From assembly GCA_040755995.1 (NCBI GenBank), contig JBFMAF010000006.1, positions 1 to 58,111 on the forward strand: DNA of 58,111 bases. Reading direction: 5' to 3'. The stretch is from Acidobacteriota bacterium. GTDB lineage: Bacteria > Acidobacteriota > CAIWXX01. The notes beneath the pieces were generated by a model, which ran no database searches, had not been told where the DNA came from, and saw only the letters and a program-made list of their open reading frames with translations. Shown in pieces: positions 11,558 through 20,141 of the stretch (positions within the stretch are counted from its first letter, which is position 1; every line of letters begins with the position of its first letter). Both the position numbers and the translations under genes were made by a program.

Positions 11558-13246
11558 TCATTCAGGGATACGCTCGAAGCCCACGAGCTGCCATCCGCCC
11601 GTCGTGCTCCGGAAGTACGCCGCGGCCGGGCTCTGCCACCAGGTGTAGCGCGGGTGAACTGCGCAGATCTCGATCTTCACGAAAACGCCCGGCTCGGCCG
11701 AAAGCTCGACAGGCGGCTCGAACGTAGGGTCCGCGCCTTCAGCCTCACCGAGCAGCGTGCTCGCGCCTGTCGCGTTGTCAAAGCGATACCATCGGACGCG
11801 GTAGCTCTCTGACGCAGGCGCGAGTCCGGTGTCGACAGCGGCGTTGCTGAACTTCAGCACTGCCGATGCGTCGAGCCGCGGTCGGACAACCGGGTTGATC
11901 GCCGTCAGGTAGGCTCGGCCGATCGCGTCTCTTCTATCGATCAGGGCCTTGGCGAGCATATCCTCGGACTTCGGATCGCCGAACTGGCCCGTTTTCACGA
12001 CGGCGCGGATCATGTCGTCTGTGACGGCGGCGAGCTTGAGCGCGGCCCAGAACTTGTCATCCGGGCGCGTCCGCAGGAACGCCGGGTTGGGAACCCTCGG
12101 CACCCAGGCTTCCGGATTCCATTCTTCATTTCCCAATTGGAGTCGCCCTATCGTTCGGGACTCGTAGACAGGCACGGCCCGCCATGGCTCGACGCGCAGC
12201 CCGAATGAAACGAGATCCCGCTTAATGGGCCCGAGCCCTTCGAACATGTACTCATTGCCTTCCCAGTGCTCGCGCGGGCCCAGAGCGCCGCTCCCGAGAG
12301 CAGTGTCGAAATGGACGAGGTAGTGGCGCACCACAGACCTGCCGCTCTCGCTGACGAGAACGTCCACCGTGTCGATCGCCGGTGAGTCCACGAGGTCGAG
12401 CCAGGCGGCGAAGACCCGGTATCCGCGCAGCTCTCGACGGTGCTCGTGCGGAATCACGTCGTTCGGGTCGTCCGGTCGTGTTCCGTAGAATCGGAACCCG
12501 CCGAGGGCGCGGCCCGGCAGCGCCTGGCTTGCGACGACACGGTAGGCGCCGTCGCGATCCCTCGGAGCGGTCCTGAGCACGAACCCGATGTCCTGAGTCT
12601 TCATCGGGCGCGTTCTTCCCGAGATCACGGTCAGCACGGCATCCCTGCCGACCACGAGATCTTCGGGACGAAGGCTGGCGATGTGGCTCTCGGGGACATT
12701 GTAGCCCAGCGCCCAGATCAGCTTGGTGACGACCACCTGCGTTCCCGTCGCCATCGCCGGGTAGCCTTGCGCGTCGAATCTCAGATGCCAGGCGCGCCCG
12801 TCCGAGTCTCTGATCCTGATCTTCGGCGTCAGGCCGTCGTCCTCGGCCGAGATCACAGTCCAAGGTCCGGGCCCCGGACCGTCGCACGTGTCGGGTCCTT
12901 TGGCGACATCCTCCGTCGCTATCGGCCTGCTCCCGATCCGATTCGTGTACCAGCTCGAGTCGGGCACTTCGTCCAGGGTGTTCACGTTCTGCGCGCGAAC
13001 GTTCTGCGTCTTGTCGCCCGGCCGCGAGAACGTGTTTATGATCCCATTGTAGAGCGGCGTGATCTCCCAGGGCTGCACAGCACCGGCATCCTGGGTGTCA
13101 GGCTCCTCGAGCAATGGATCGTCCGCATAGAACTTCGGACCTGCCGCATCGGACTCGCATGTCGCGAGATGGAATGTGGCCATCAGAGCAGCGAGCCAAA
13201 CAGGGCGCGCAACACAGGCCGTTCCCCGCACAGGTGACCTCAACAT
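11558..13246 (-). CDS. Conserved exported hypothetical protein, partner of the Omp85 barrel
   Basis: Signal-like N-terminus; NVNTLDEVPDSSWYTNR and IPHEHRRELRG motifs; 10 nt downstream of the barrel gene. Confidence 0.7.
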   Translation of the reverse strand: MLRSPVRGTACVARPVWLAALMATFHLATCESDAAGPKFYADDPLLEEPDTQDAGAVQPWEITPLYNGIINTFSRPGDKTQNVRAQNVNTLDEVPDSSWYTNRIGSRPIATEDVAKGPDTCDGPGPGPWTVISAEDDGLTPKIRIRDSDGRAWHLRFDAQGYPAMATGTQVVVTKLIWALGYNVPESHIASLRPEDLVVGRDAVLTVISGRTRPMKTQDIGFVLRTAPRDRDGAYRVVASQALPGRALGGFRFYGTRPDDPNDVIPHEHRRELRGYRVFAAWLDLVDSPAIDTVDVLVSESGRSVVRHYLVHFDTALGSGALGPREHWEGNEYMFEGLGPIKRDLVSFGLRVEPWRAVPVYESRTIGRLQLGNEEWNPEAWVPRVPNPAFLRTRPDDKFWAALKLAAVTDDMIRAVVKTGQFGDPKSEDMLAKALIDRRDAIGRAYLTAINPVVRPRLDASAVLKFSNAAVDTGLAPASESYRVRWYRFDNATGASTLLGEAEGADPTFEPPVELSAEPGVFVKIEICAVHPRYTWWQSPAAAYFRSTTGGWQLVGFERIPE

Positions 13247-13256
13247 CGCCCGCACC

Positions 13257-14504
13257 TCAAAATGCGCTCCGGCTGCTGAAGATGATCCGTGGGCCCTCGA
13301 CGCTGTATGCGAGGTCGATGCGCAGTAGCACCGCCGAAGGCGTGTGGAACCGGGCTCCAACCCCGACGCAATCGTGGAATCCGTCTAGCCTGAAATCGCT
13401 GCTGCGCGAGGCGACCATGCCTGCGTCGTAACTAAGCGCCATGTCCATGAACTTCGAAGGCGTCCAGCGGTACTCGGCCGAAAACAGCAGCCGGTGACGG
13501 TCGCGGAACCGGAAGTCCCCGAAGCCGCGCAAGTAGCTCCCTCCGCCGAGCATCGGCATCAGGAAGAACGGCACTCGATCCCCGTCTTCGACCGAGGTGA
13601 AAGACGCCATTGCGCGAAGCGCAATGATCTGGTTCCCGCGCAGTACGGGGATGAACTGATTCGCCTCGACATCCACTCGGCGGAAATCCAGCTTCGTGTG
13701 CGTACGCTCGTCGTAGTGGAACCACTCGGCGCGAAACAGCGTGCCGGTCTGGGTGTAGCCCGGGGATCGGCGAGTGTCCACCTGCGCGAAGACGCTGCCG
13801 ATCAGATAGTCGGGATCGGTGTGGAGTCCTGCCGGCGCGTCACGGGATGAAAAAAGGTTCCCGCCTACGTCGAAATGGGTGAAGGCTATCGACCCGCCGG
13901 CCGACAGCCATCTCACCGGTGCCAGCGTCTCGGTCAGGCCGATGCCCTCCGGCGCGTACTTGTAATTGGTTCGCTCGTTCTCGGGCGAGTCATTCCCGAT
14001 CCCGTAGAACGCGACCTTGTCTGCGTGCAGATGCTTCGCGTGGATGACCGAAGTCAGGCGCCCCCGGGCGATCTCCGGCAGCTTCAGCGAAGCCTCGATC
14101 ATGCGGTAGTTCTCGACCGACCACAGGCCGCGGATGTCGTATGAGCCGGTGTCTCCATAGAGTCCTCGATATCCCAGACCGGCCGTGATGTTGCCGCCGG
14201 GGTATGCGCTGTCGAGGTAGGGATACAGGCCCCGCGGCTCCAACTGGTAGACCATGCCCCGTGCCAGGTTGACCCACTTCTCGGCCTTCCCCCGCCTGGA
14301 CGGTGCCAGAGACATCGCCTTCTCGGACTGCTTCCGCGCATGGATCGCGGCGCGCGTCTCCTGCGCCAGGCCCGCATCGCACGTCATCAAGCAGAGGCAT
14401 CCCATGAGGACCGTCCGCGCGATCCGGCGCAACGGAGCGGGTGGGGAGGACTTGAGGTGAAGAGCTCTTGGCGACCGATTCGAGACTTCGGAGCGATGCG
14501 TCAT
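13257..14504 (-). CDS. BamA/TamA (Omp85) family outer membrane beta-barrel without evident POTRA domains
   Basis: LGGGSYLRGF..RFRD, AEYRW, GVGARF, LRIDLA, terminal Phe. Confidence 0.8.
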   Translation of the reverse strand: MTHRSEVSNRSPRALHLKSSPPAPLRRIARTVLMGCLCLMTCDAGLAQETRAAIHARKQSEKAMSLAPSRRGKAEKWVNLARGMVYQLEPRGLYPYLDSAYPGGNITAGLGYRGLYGDTGSYDIRGLWSVENYRMIEASLKLPEIARGRLTSVIHAKHLHADKVAFYGIGNDSPENERTNYKYAPEGIGLTETLAPVRWLSAGGSIAFTHFDVGGNLFSSRDAPAGLHTDPDYLIGSVFAQVDTRRSPGYTQTGTLFRAEWFHYDERTHTKLDFRRVDVEANQFIPVLRGNQIIALRAMASFTSVEDGDRVPFFLMPMLGGGSYLRGFGDFRFRDRHRLLFSAEYRWTPSKFMDMALSYDAGMVASRSSDFRLDGFHDCVGVGARFHTPSAVLLRIDLAYSVEGPRIIFSSRSAF

Positions 14505-14513
14505 CGGCCCTGT

Positions 14514-14556
14514 CTTTCGTCTTCCATCTCCGGTCTTTCCGTCTCCCGTCTGCCGG
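14514..14556. repeat. Degenerate heptamer tandem repeat
   Basis: ctttcgt cttccat ctccggt ctttccgt ctcccgt ctgccgg, intergenic. Confidence 0.55.
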
Positions 14557-14602
14557 CTGCGCCGGCCAAGCAGATGACTCGTGGGGCTGAGGCCCGGCCT
14601 CC

Positions 14603-15331
14603 CTAGCCTTTCGTCTCGATCACAATCTCGACTCTCCTGTTTTTCTGGCGCCCCTCCGGCGTCGTGTTCTCCGCCACGGGCTGGGATTCACCGTGTCCCA
14701 TGGGCCGGAGCCGAGAGCCTCCCAGCCCGTGCTTCACCAACCAGTCACGCACCGCCGCTGCGCGCCGCTCGGACAGCTCCCGGTTGTAGGCGTCGGAGGC
14801 GATCGAGTCTGTGTGCCCTTCGATCCGTACGGATCGCTGCGAATAGGCCTTCAGCACCTCGAGCACCTCCGTGAGCGTCCTCTCCGCGTCGGGTCGAATG
14901 CCGGCCTTGTCGAAGTCGAACAGAATCGATCCCGGCAGACGTATCGTAACATCGTGGTCAGTGACCGTCGCGCCGAGGCGTTGAAGTCGCTTGTCCAGGG
15001 ACGTGTCCTGCGAGGCGAGCGACGATCCGAATCCGGTGATCCCCGTGGTGTGGCCCACGATGGTCGTGATCGACATCTGCAGGCGTGTTACCTTGTCTGT
15101 GTTGAAAGGAGCCGCGAGCACCTGTTCGGCCAGTGCCTGTGCCGACGGCGGCTCCGGGTCGACCCAGGTAGACGGCGTGGTCTGTTGCGCGGAGGTCGAG
15201 CCTGTTGCCGCCCCTCGAGGCGACGTCCTCGTCGTTGTGTTCGCCTGGTGCTGCGCCTCGGAATCGTCGCGGCCACAGCCGATGAAGCAGATCAAGGCTC
15301 CGAGAAGTGTGGCACCGAGCGCCGGGCGCAT
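14603..15331 (-). CDS. OmpA-like peptidoglycan-binding lipoprotein
   Basis: Lipobox FIGC, ILFDFDKA, IEGHTDS, YNRELSERRA, KNRRVEI. Confidence 0.9.
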   Translation of the reverse strand: MRPALGATLLGALICFIGCGRDDSEAQHQANTTTRTSPRGAATGSTSAQQTTPSTWVDPEPPSAQALAEQVLAAPFNTDKVTRLQMSITTIVGHTTGITGFGSSLASQDTSLDKRLQRLGATVTDHDVTIRLPGSILFDFDKAGIRPDAERTLTEVLEVLKAYSQRSVRIEGHTDSIASDAYNRELSERRAAAVRDWLVKHGLGGSRLRPMGHGESQPVAENTTPEGRQKNRRVEIVIETKG

Positions 15332-15831
15332 TACTGCTTCTCGGTGATGGTGACACCGTCGAACGGATCGGCGCCCGTGAAGAAGATGCCGATGGATTTC
15401 ACCTCTGCAGGCGGGGCTGGCAGCTTCATCCAGTACCGCCCGGTCGCGCCTGCCTTCACCGTGTCCTCGACACCGTAGGTGTCGCTGCCCAGATACTCAT
15501 GCTCGGAGGCCAGCGCGTGCCCTTCCTTGTCGGTCAGCACGTAGTACTTGGCGCCGTTTTCTTCATCGACTGCATACGTCGTGACACTCCGCCCCACCAG
15601 AGAGAAATCGACAGTGGCATCCTTGGCTCCGGCGTTGCGAACTGCCCACTTGATCGTGAGGACACCGGCCTTTCGTTCGACCACCATCAGGTCGATCGTC
15701 ATGTCAGGCGTGCTCATGGCTGTGCTGGCAATCGGTTTGACGCTGGTTCCGCTCGGCTGAGCGAACGCGCCCGCGGCGCACAGCGGGATCAATCCCAGAA
15801 TCAGCGCGAGTAATGTCGTGAATTTCCTCAT
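15331..15831 (-). CDS. Exported beta-rich hypothetical protein coupled to the OmpA gene
   Basis: Signal peptide ending AFA-Q; TAATG stop/start overlap; AGGAGG RBS. Confidence 0.75.
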   Translation of the reverse strand: MRKFTTLLALILGLIPLCAAGAFAQPSGTSVKPIASTAMSTPDMTIDLMVVERKAGVLTIKWAVRNAGAKDATVDFSLVGRSVTTYAVDEENGAKYYVLTDKEGHALASEHEYLGSDTYGVEDTVKAGATGRYWMKLPAPPAEVKSIGIFFTGADPFDGVTITEKQ

Positions 15832-16249
15832 TTGATTTCCTCCTGATCATCGCCCCAGGCCCAACATGGTAATCGCACGAAGACCCCGGCTTGTCAAGTG
15901 ACCATTGGGTGGGTGGCTAAGCGGCGACACGCGTGCCGCTTGACCTCGCGCGGCGTTTAGTGGACGATTCACAATGTCTTGGGAAGGATGAGGCAAGGGC
16001 GATGGAGACTGAGGAAGGCGAGGCACCACGGGACTTCCCGCTCTGGTGCGATCTGAGCTGCAAGTGGGCGGCGTTCCCGAAGCAGGAGGCGCTGGACGGA
16101 GCGAATTCCTGCCGCACGTTCGTCGCGCTGCACTGCCGGTATCTCGATCGAATCGTCGCGAAGAACGCGCGCTGCTCGGCCGGATCGCAGCGAGAGCCTC
16201 AACAGCGCTGAGGTGCGGCTCATTCGTAGTCGCTTTGGAGAATGGTGAG

Positions 16250-18526
16250 ATGAATGTAGTAGTGGTGAGAAAAGTCGGTGTGTTGCTGTTCGCGTGCCAG
16301 CTCTTCACGGGAGCGCGCATCTCCGCGGCGGGGTCTGGTTCGTGGGGCGGCAAGGAGATGGAGGAAGGCGAGCTCGTCAAGAAGCGCCACGAGTGGTTCA
16401 TCTCGTCGCGTCTGGCCGGTTCTGACGGGCGCATGGCTGAGAAGCGCTGGCTTGCGGTTGAGCAGATGCAGAGGGCGACGGCATCGCGGCCGGCGGATGC
16501 GTCGATGGCATGGAGGCCGAAGGGGCCGTTCTCCTCGAATTTCTCGACATGGAGATTCGGCCCGGTTTCCGGACGGATCGCTTGCCTCGCTAAAGACTTC
16601 AAGAACAACGTGCTGTATGTCGGCAGTGCGTCTGGCGGGCTCTGGAAATCGACGACCGACGGTGCGTCATGGGACTCGATCTTCGACGGCGCCGGCACGC
16701 AGACGGTGGGGGCGATTGCCATCGACCCGATCAATCCGAAGAACATCTGGGTAGGAACCGGCGAGAACGTCGCGTGGTGCGAGGAGTACTTCGGGATCGG
16801 ACTTCTTCGGTCCACCGATGGTGGTGCAACGTGGCAGCGGAGAAACGGCAGCGGCGCGACGAGCTTGGAGAACCTGTCGACCTTCGCGTCCATCATCGTC
16901 GATCCGAGAAGCTCGAGTCGCCTGATCGTCGGTGGCGCAAGGAAGGACTGTGTACACGGTCACTACATCTCGGGCGGGATCTACACTTCGGATGACGCCG
17001 GCGCCACGTGGACGAACCGGCTGTCCGATGCGTACGTCACACGCATCGTGATCGATCCCAGGAACCCAGGCGTTCTGTGGGCCGGAGTGGGCGGTGCGGG
17101 TGTGTACAGGTCAGTTGACGGGGGCAACTCGTGGGCGCTCCAGACGGGCTTGTCCACTGGCAGCGTCGGGCGCGTGGAGGTTGCCGTGGCGCCCTCAGAC
17201 AGCAAGGTCGTGTACGCCCTGTTCGAGTCAGTCAACCGGATCCCGGAGTTCTGGCGAACGACAAACGCCGGAGCGAGCTGGATCAGGATGACAAGCGGCC
17301 GGAGTGCCTGCGACGGGCAGTGTTGGTACAACATGGTGCTCGCGGTGCACCCCACGAGTTCGAGCACGGTCTATCGCGGCAACATCCTGCTGTTCCGGTC
17401 CACCAATGGCGGGGCCACGTGGGCCGAGCTGACCGGGCAATGGGGCCTTTCGCAGAAGGTCCACCAGGACACTCACGCGCTTTTGATAGATCCGGCGCAC
17501 CCGGGTGTTTTCTACGTCGGGTGCGATGGCGGGATCTGGAAGACCGTCAACGGCGGCGCCTCCTTCACCAACCGGAATTCGAATCTCTCTATTACGCAAT
17601 TCTACGATGTCGGCATCCATCCGACCGACAACAACATCATCGTCGGTGGGTCACAAGACAACTCATCGCTGGCGCGCTCCAGCGGCGACAGGTGGGATCT
17701 CATGGAGGTGACGGGCGATGGGTTCGTTTCGATCATCAACCCCGTGACACCCTCGACCGTTTACACCGCCAGCTATCCTTGGGACGACGGCGACGGGGCT
17801 CTTCCGGGAGTCATCCGCTCGGACGACGGCCTTCTCGGCCCATACTCGTGGATCACCTCCACCGCCAACGGCCTGATCGCCGGCGATCGAATCGGCTGGG
17901 TCACCCCGTACGCCCTGGACCCATCCAACCCCAAGACCCTCTTCCTCGGCACCCACCGGATCTACCGTTCGCAGGATGGCGGCAACAGTTGGCGGCAGAC
18001 GGGTCCCGATGACATGGCCGGCGGCGACGACTACCTGAACACCGTGCATGTCTCCTCGACCAACGGCGCCCACGTCTACGCGGGGACCACCAATGGCCGG
18101 ATCTGGTCCTCCGCCGATGGCGGTGCGACGTGGAGGGAGATATCCCTGGGGTTGCCGTCGAGCCGCTGGATCAACGATATCGCGTCCGACCCGACGAACC
18201 CGGCGCGCGCGTTCTGTGTGGTGTCGGGCTTCGGGACGGCTCATCTATATGAGTGCGGCGGCCAGGGCGCGTGGACTCCGCGGCGAACCGGTCTGCCGGA
18301 TGTCCCTGCAAACTCCGTCGTCATGACCGGCGCGAGGACGATATACGTCGGCACGGATGTGGGAGTGTACCGGAGCACCGATCGCGCTTTGCATTTCGTG
18401 CCATTCAACGCGGGCATGCCCTCAGGCCTCGTCGTCACCGATCTGGAGTACAACAAGGTCACCAGGTGCCTGACCGCCGGCACGTATGGGCGCGGCGCGT
18501 GGCAGGCGGGGTCGCTCAAGCCATGA
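16250..18526 (+). CDS. BNR/Asp-box (VPS10/GH74-like) double beta-propeller, exported
   Basis: Many S.DGG.(T/S)W Asp-boxes, SGRIACLA, VHQDTH, AGTYGRGAW terminus. Confidence 0.85.
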   Translation: MNVVVVRKVGVLLFACQLFTGARISAAGSGSWGGKEMEEGELVKKRHEWFISSRLAGSDGRMAEKRWLAVEQMQRATASRPADASMAWRPKGPFSSNFSTWRFGPVSGRIACLAKDFKNNVLYVGSASGGLWKSTTDGASWDSIFDGAGTQTVGAIAIDPINPKNIWVGTGENVAWCEEYFGIGLLRSTDGGATWQRRNGSGATSLENLSTFASIIVDPRSSSRLIVGGARKDCVHGHYISGGIYTSDDAGATWTNRLSDAYVTRIVIDPRNPGVLWAGVGGAGVYRSVDGGNSWALQTGLSTGSVGRVEVAVAPSDSKVVYALFESVNRIPEFWRTTNAGASWIRMTSGRSACDGQCWYNMVLAVHPTSSSTVYRGNILLFRSTNGGATWAELTGQWGLSQKVHQDTHALLIDPAHPGVFYVGCDGGIWKTVNGGASFTNRNSNLSITQFYDVGIHPTDNNIIVGGSQDNSSLARSSGDRWDLMEVTGDGFVSIINPVTPSTVYTASYPWDDGDGALPGVIRSDDGLLGPYSWITSTANGLIAGDRIGWVTPYALDPSNPKTLFLGTHRIYRSQDGGNSWRQTGPDDMAGGDDYLNTVHVSSTNGAHVYAGTTNGRIWSSADGGATWREISLGLPSSRWINDIASDPTNPARAFCVVSGFGTAHLYECGGQGAWTPRRTGLPDVPANSVVMTGARTIYVGTDVGVYRSTDRALHFVPFNAGMPSGLVVTDLEYNKVTRCLTAGTYGRGAWQAGSLKP

Positions 18527-18631
18527 GGCGGTGCTCGCTCACACGGCGGCTGCCAACGGCGGCACGAGATGCTGTATGATTGGACTCGTTCGCATGCAAG
18601 GCGCGCATGCGACGCAACAGGAGGAGCACTC

Positions 18632-19141
18632 ATGACGATTGAAGAAGCACTCAAGACAGCCATAGAGTTTGAACAGGGTGTGAAGCACGTATATGCGGAC
18701 GCGGCGAAGAAGTTCGTAGATCCGGTTGCCAGCAAGGTGCTGAAGGTGCTGGCGAGCGAAGAGGAACGGCACGTGGAGTACCTCGAAAGCCGGCTGACCG
18801 AGTGGCAGAAGACCGGCAAGGTCACCGTGGAGCGACTTGAGACCGCGATCCCGTCAAAGGCGGCGATCGAGGCCGGGTTGAAGCAGCTTGAGAAGCGGAT
18901 GGGCCAGCAGGACTTCGCGATTGAGCTGGAAGTGATGAAGAAGGCGCTCGAGCTGGAGGTGGAGGCCACCAACTTCTTCAGGAGAATGGTGAGCGAGCTG
19001 GCCTCCGACGAACGCAGGATGTTCGCGCGCTTCGTCGAGATCGAGGAAGGCCACGAGGCGATTGTCCAGGCCGAGATGGACGCATTGACCGGCCTCGGCT
19101 ACTGGTTCGACTACAGCGAGTTCCGGCTCGAAAACGCGTAG
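18632..19141 (+). CDS. Ferritin-like/rubrerythrin-domain protein (no rubredoxin domain)
   Basis: AIEFE..EEERH and ALELE..EEGH di-iron motifs; AGGAGGAG RBS. Confidence 0.88.
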   Translation: MTIEEALKTAIEFEQGVKHVYADAAKKFVDPVASKVLKVLASEEERHVEYLESRLTEWQKTGKVTVERLETAIPSKAAIEAGLKQLEKRMGQQDFAIELEVMKKALELEVEATNFFRRMVSELASDERRMFARFVEIEEGHEAIVQAEMDALTGLGYWFDYSEFRLENA

Positions 19142-19173
19142 ACTGAGGCGGTTCGACAGCTCCGCGTCAGCGC

Positions 19174-19350
19174 TCAGACGAACGGGGTCACGGCGCGGGC
19201 AGTACCGTACATCCGATCATGCTGGAAATCTTCGGAGAGGAGTAGCGGCAGGCCGAAGCATTCCGCGAATGCCCACATGTGCGCATCGAACCAGCTCAGT
19301 TGATAGGCGGCTGCGCCGCGTAGCGCAGTTCGCAGGAGAATTCCGGCCAT
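19174..19350 (-). pseudogene. C-terminal fragment of a PIN-domain (VapC-like) toxin
   Basis: LSWFDAHMWAFAE..LLLSEDFQH..TPF; the N-terminal DTN motif is missing. Confidence 0.75.
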
Positions 19351-19393
19351 CGACAGTCCCTTCTGCCCCGCCGCAAGGTCGCGCCGATGGAGG

Positions 19394-19843
19394 CTACTTC
19401 TTCTCGCTGTTCCGGAGATCCTTCGGAGCCGCCTCCAGGCTGCCGGGTCCAGGCCACCGAGGCAGATGCCATCCGAGGGCGGAAGACGTGGACCGGGCGA
19501 GATGCCCGAAGGAGAAAGCAAGGCCGCTCTTCGACCAACTTACTCCACCGTCGGTGCTCTTGCTGATGCGGGCATCGGTCCCGGCGTAGACGGTCTGCGG
19601 ATTGGACGGGTCGACGGCCAAAGCGTAGACATCCTTGCCTGTAAGCCCCGTGTTGACCGCGTTCCATGTCACGCCACCATCCGTAGTCTTGTAGACTCCG
19701 CCGTCGTATGTGCCCGCCAACACCTCGGTTGCCCTGGATGGATCCCCGGCGAGGCACGAAATCGAGCTATAGGTCAACCCTGTGTTCACCGGGTCCCATG
19801 TCTGTCCGCCGTCTGTACTCTTGAATGCGCCGGCGCCATTCAT
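19394..19843 (-). pseudogene. Internal fragment of a BNR-repeat protein
   Basis: KSTDGGQTW, KTTDGGVTW, KSTDGGVSW; no signal peptide; similarity lost below about 19520. Confidence 0.7.
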
Positions 19844-20107
19844 GCCGTACAGGCCCCATCCTTCAAACCTAGCCGTTCAACAAGGGTGTTGAAGAAATCG
19901 ACGCGGAGACCGATATCCATCGCGATATCAGTGAGTTGCGCCGAGCAACTCCGCGGAAGATTTCTCCCGCATGATCGGCACGTGAATGCCGTTGATTCCA
20001 TTGCGGTTTCACGCGCTTCCGGCAAATTAGTCAACACCTTTGCGTAACGGCTAGGATCGAATTGCCAGTGGGCCGCCGGTTCCGTGCCATGCTGCCACCC
20101 ACGCTCC

Positions 20108-20136
20108 TTGATGCGTCGGGCCCGGTGAGGTAATCT
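20108..20136 (+). promoter_or_regulatory. Sigma70-like promoter of the kinase gene
   Basis: TTGATG-17 nt-TAATCT, 5 nt before ATG 20142. Confidence 0.45.
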
Positions 20137-20141
20137 TCGGT

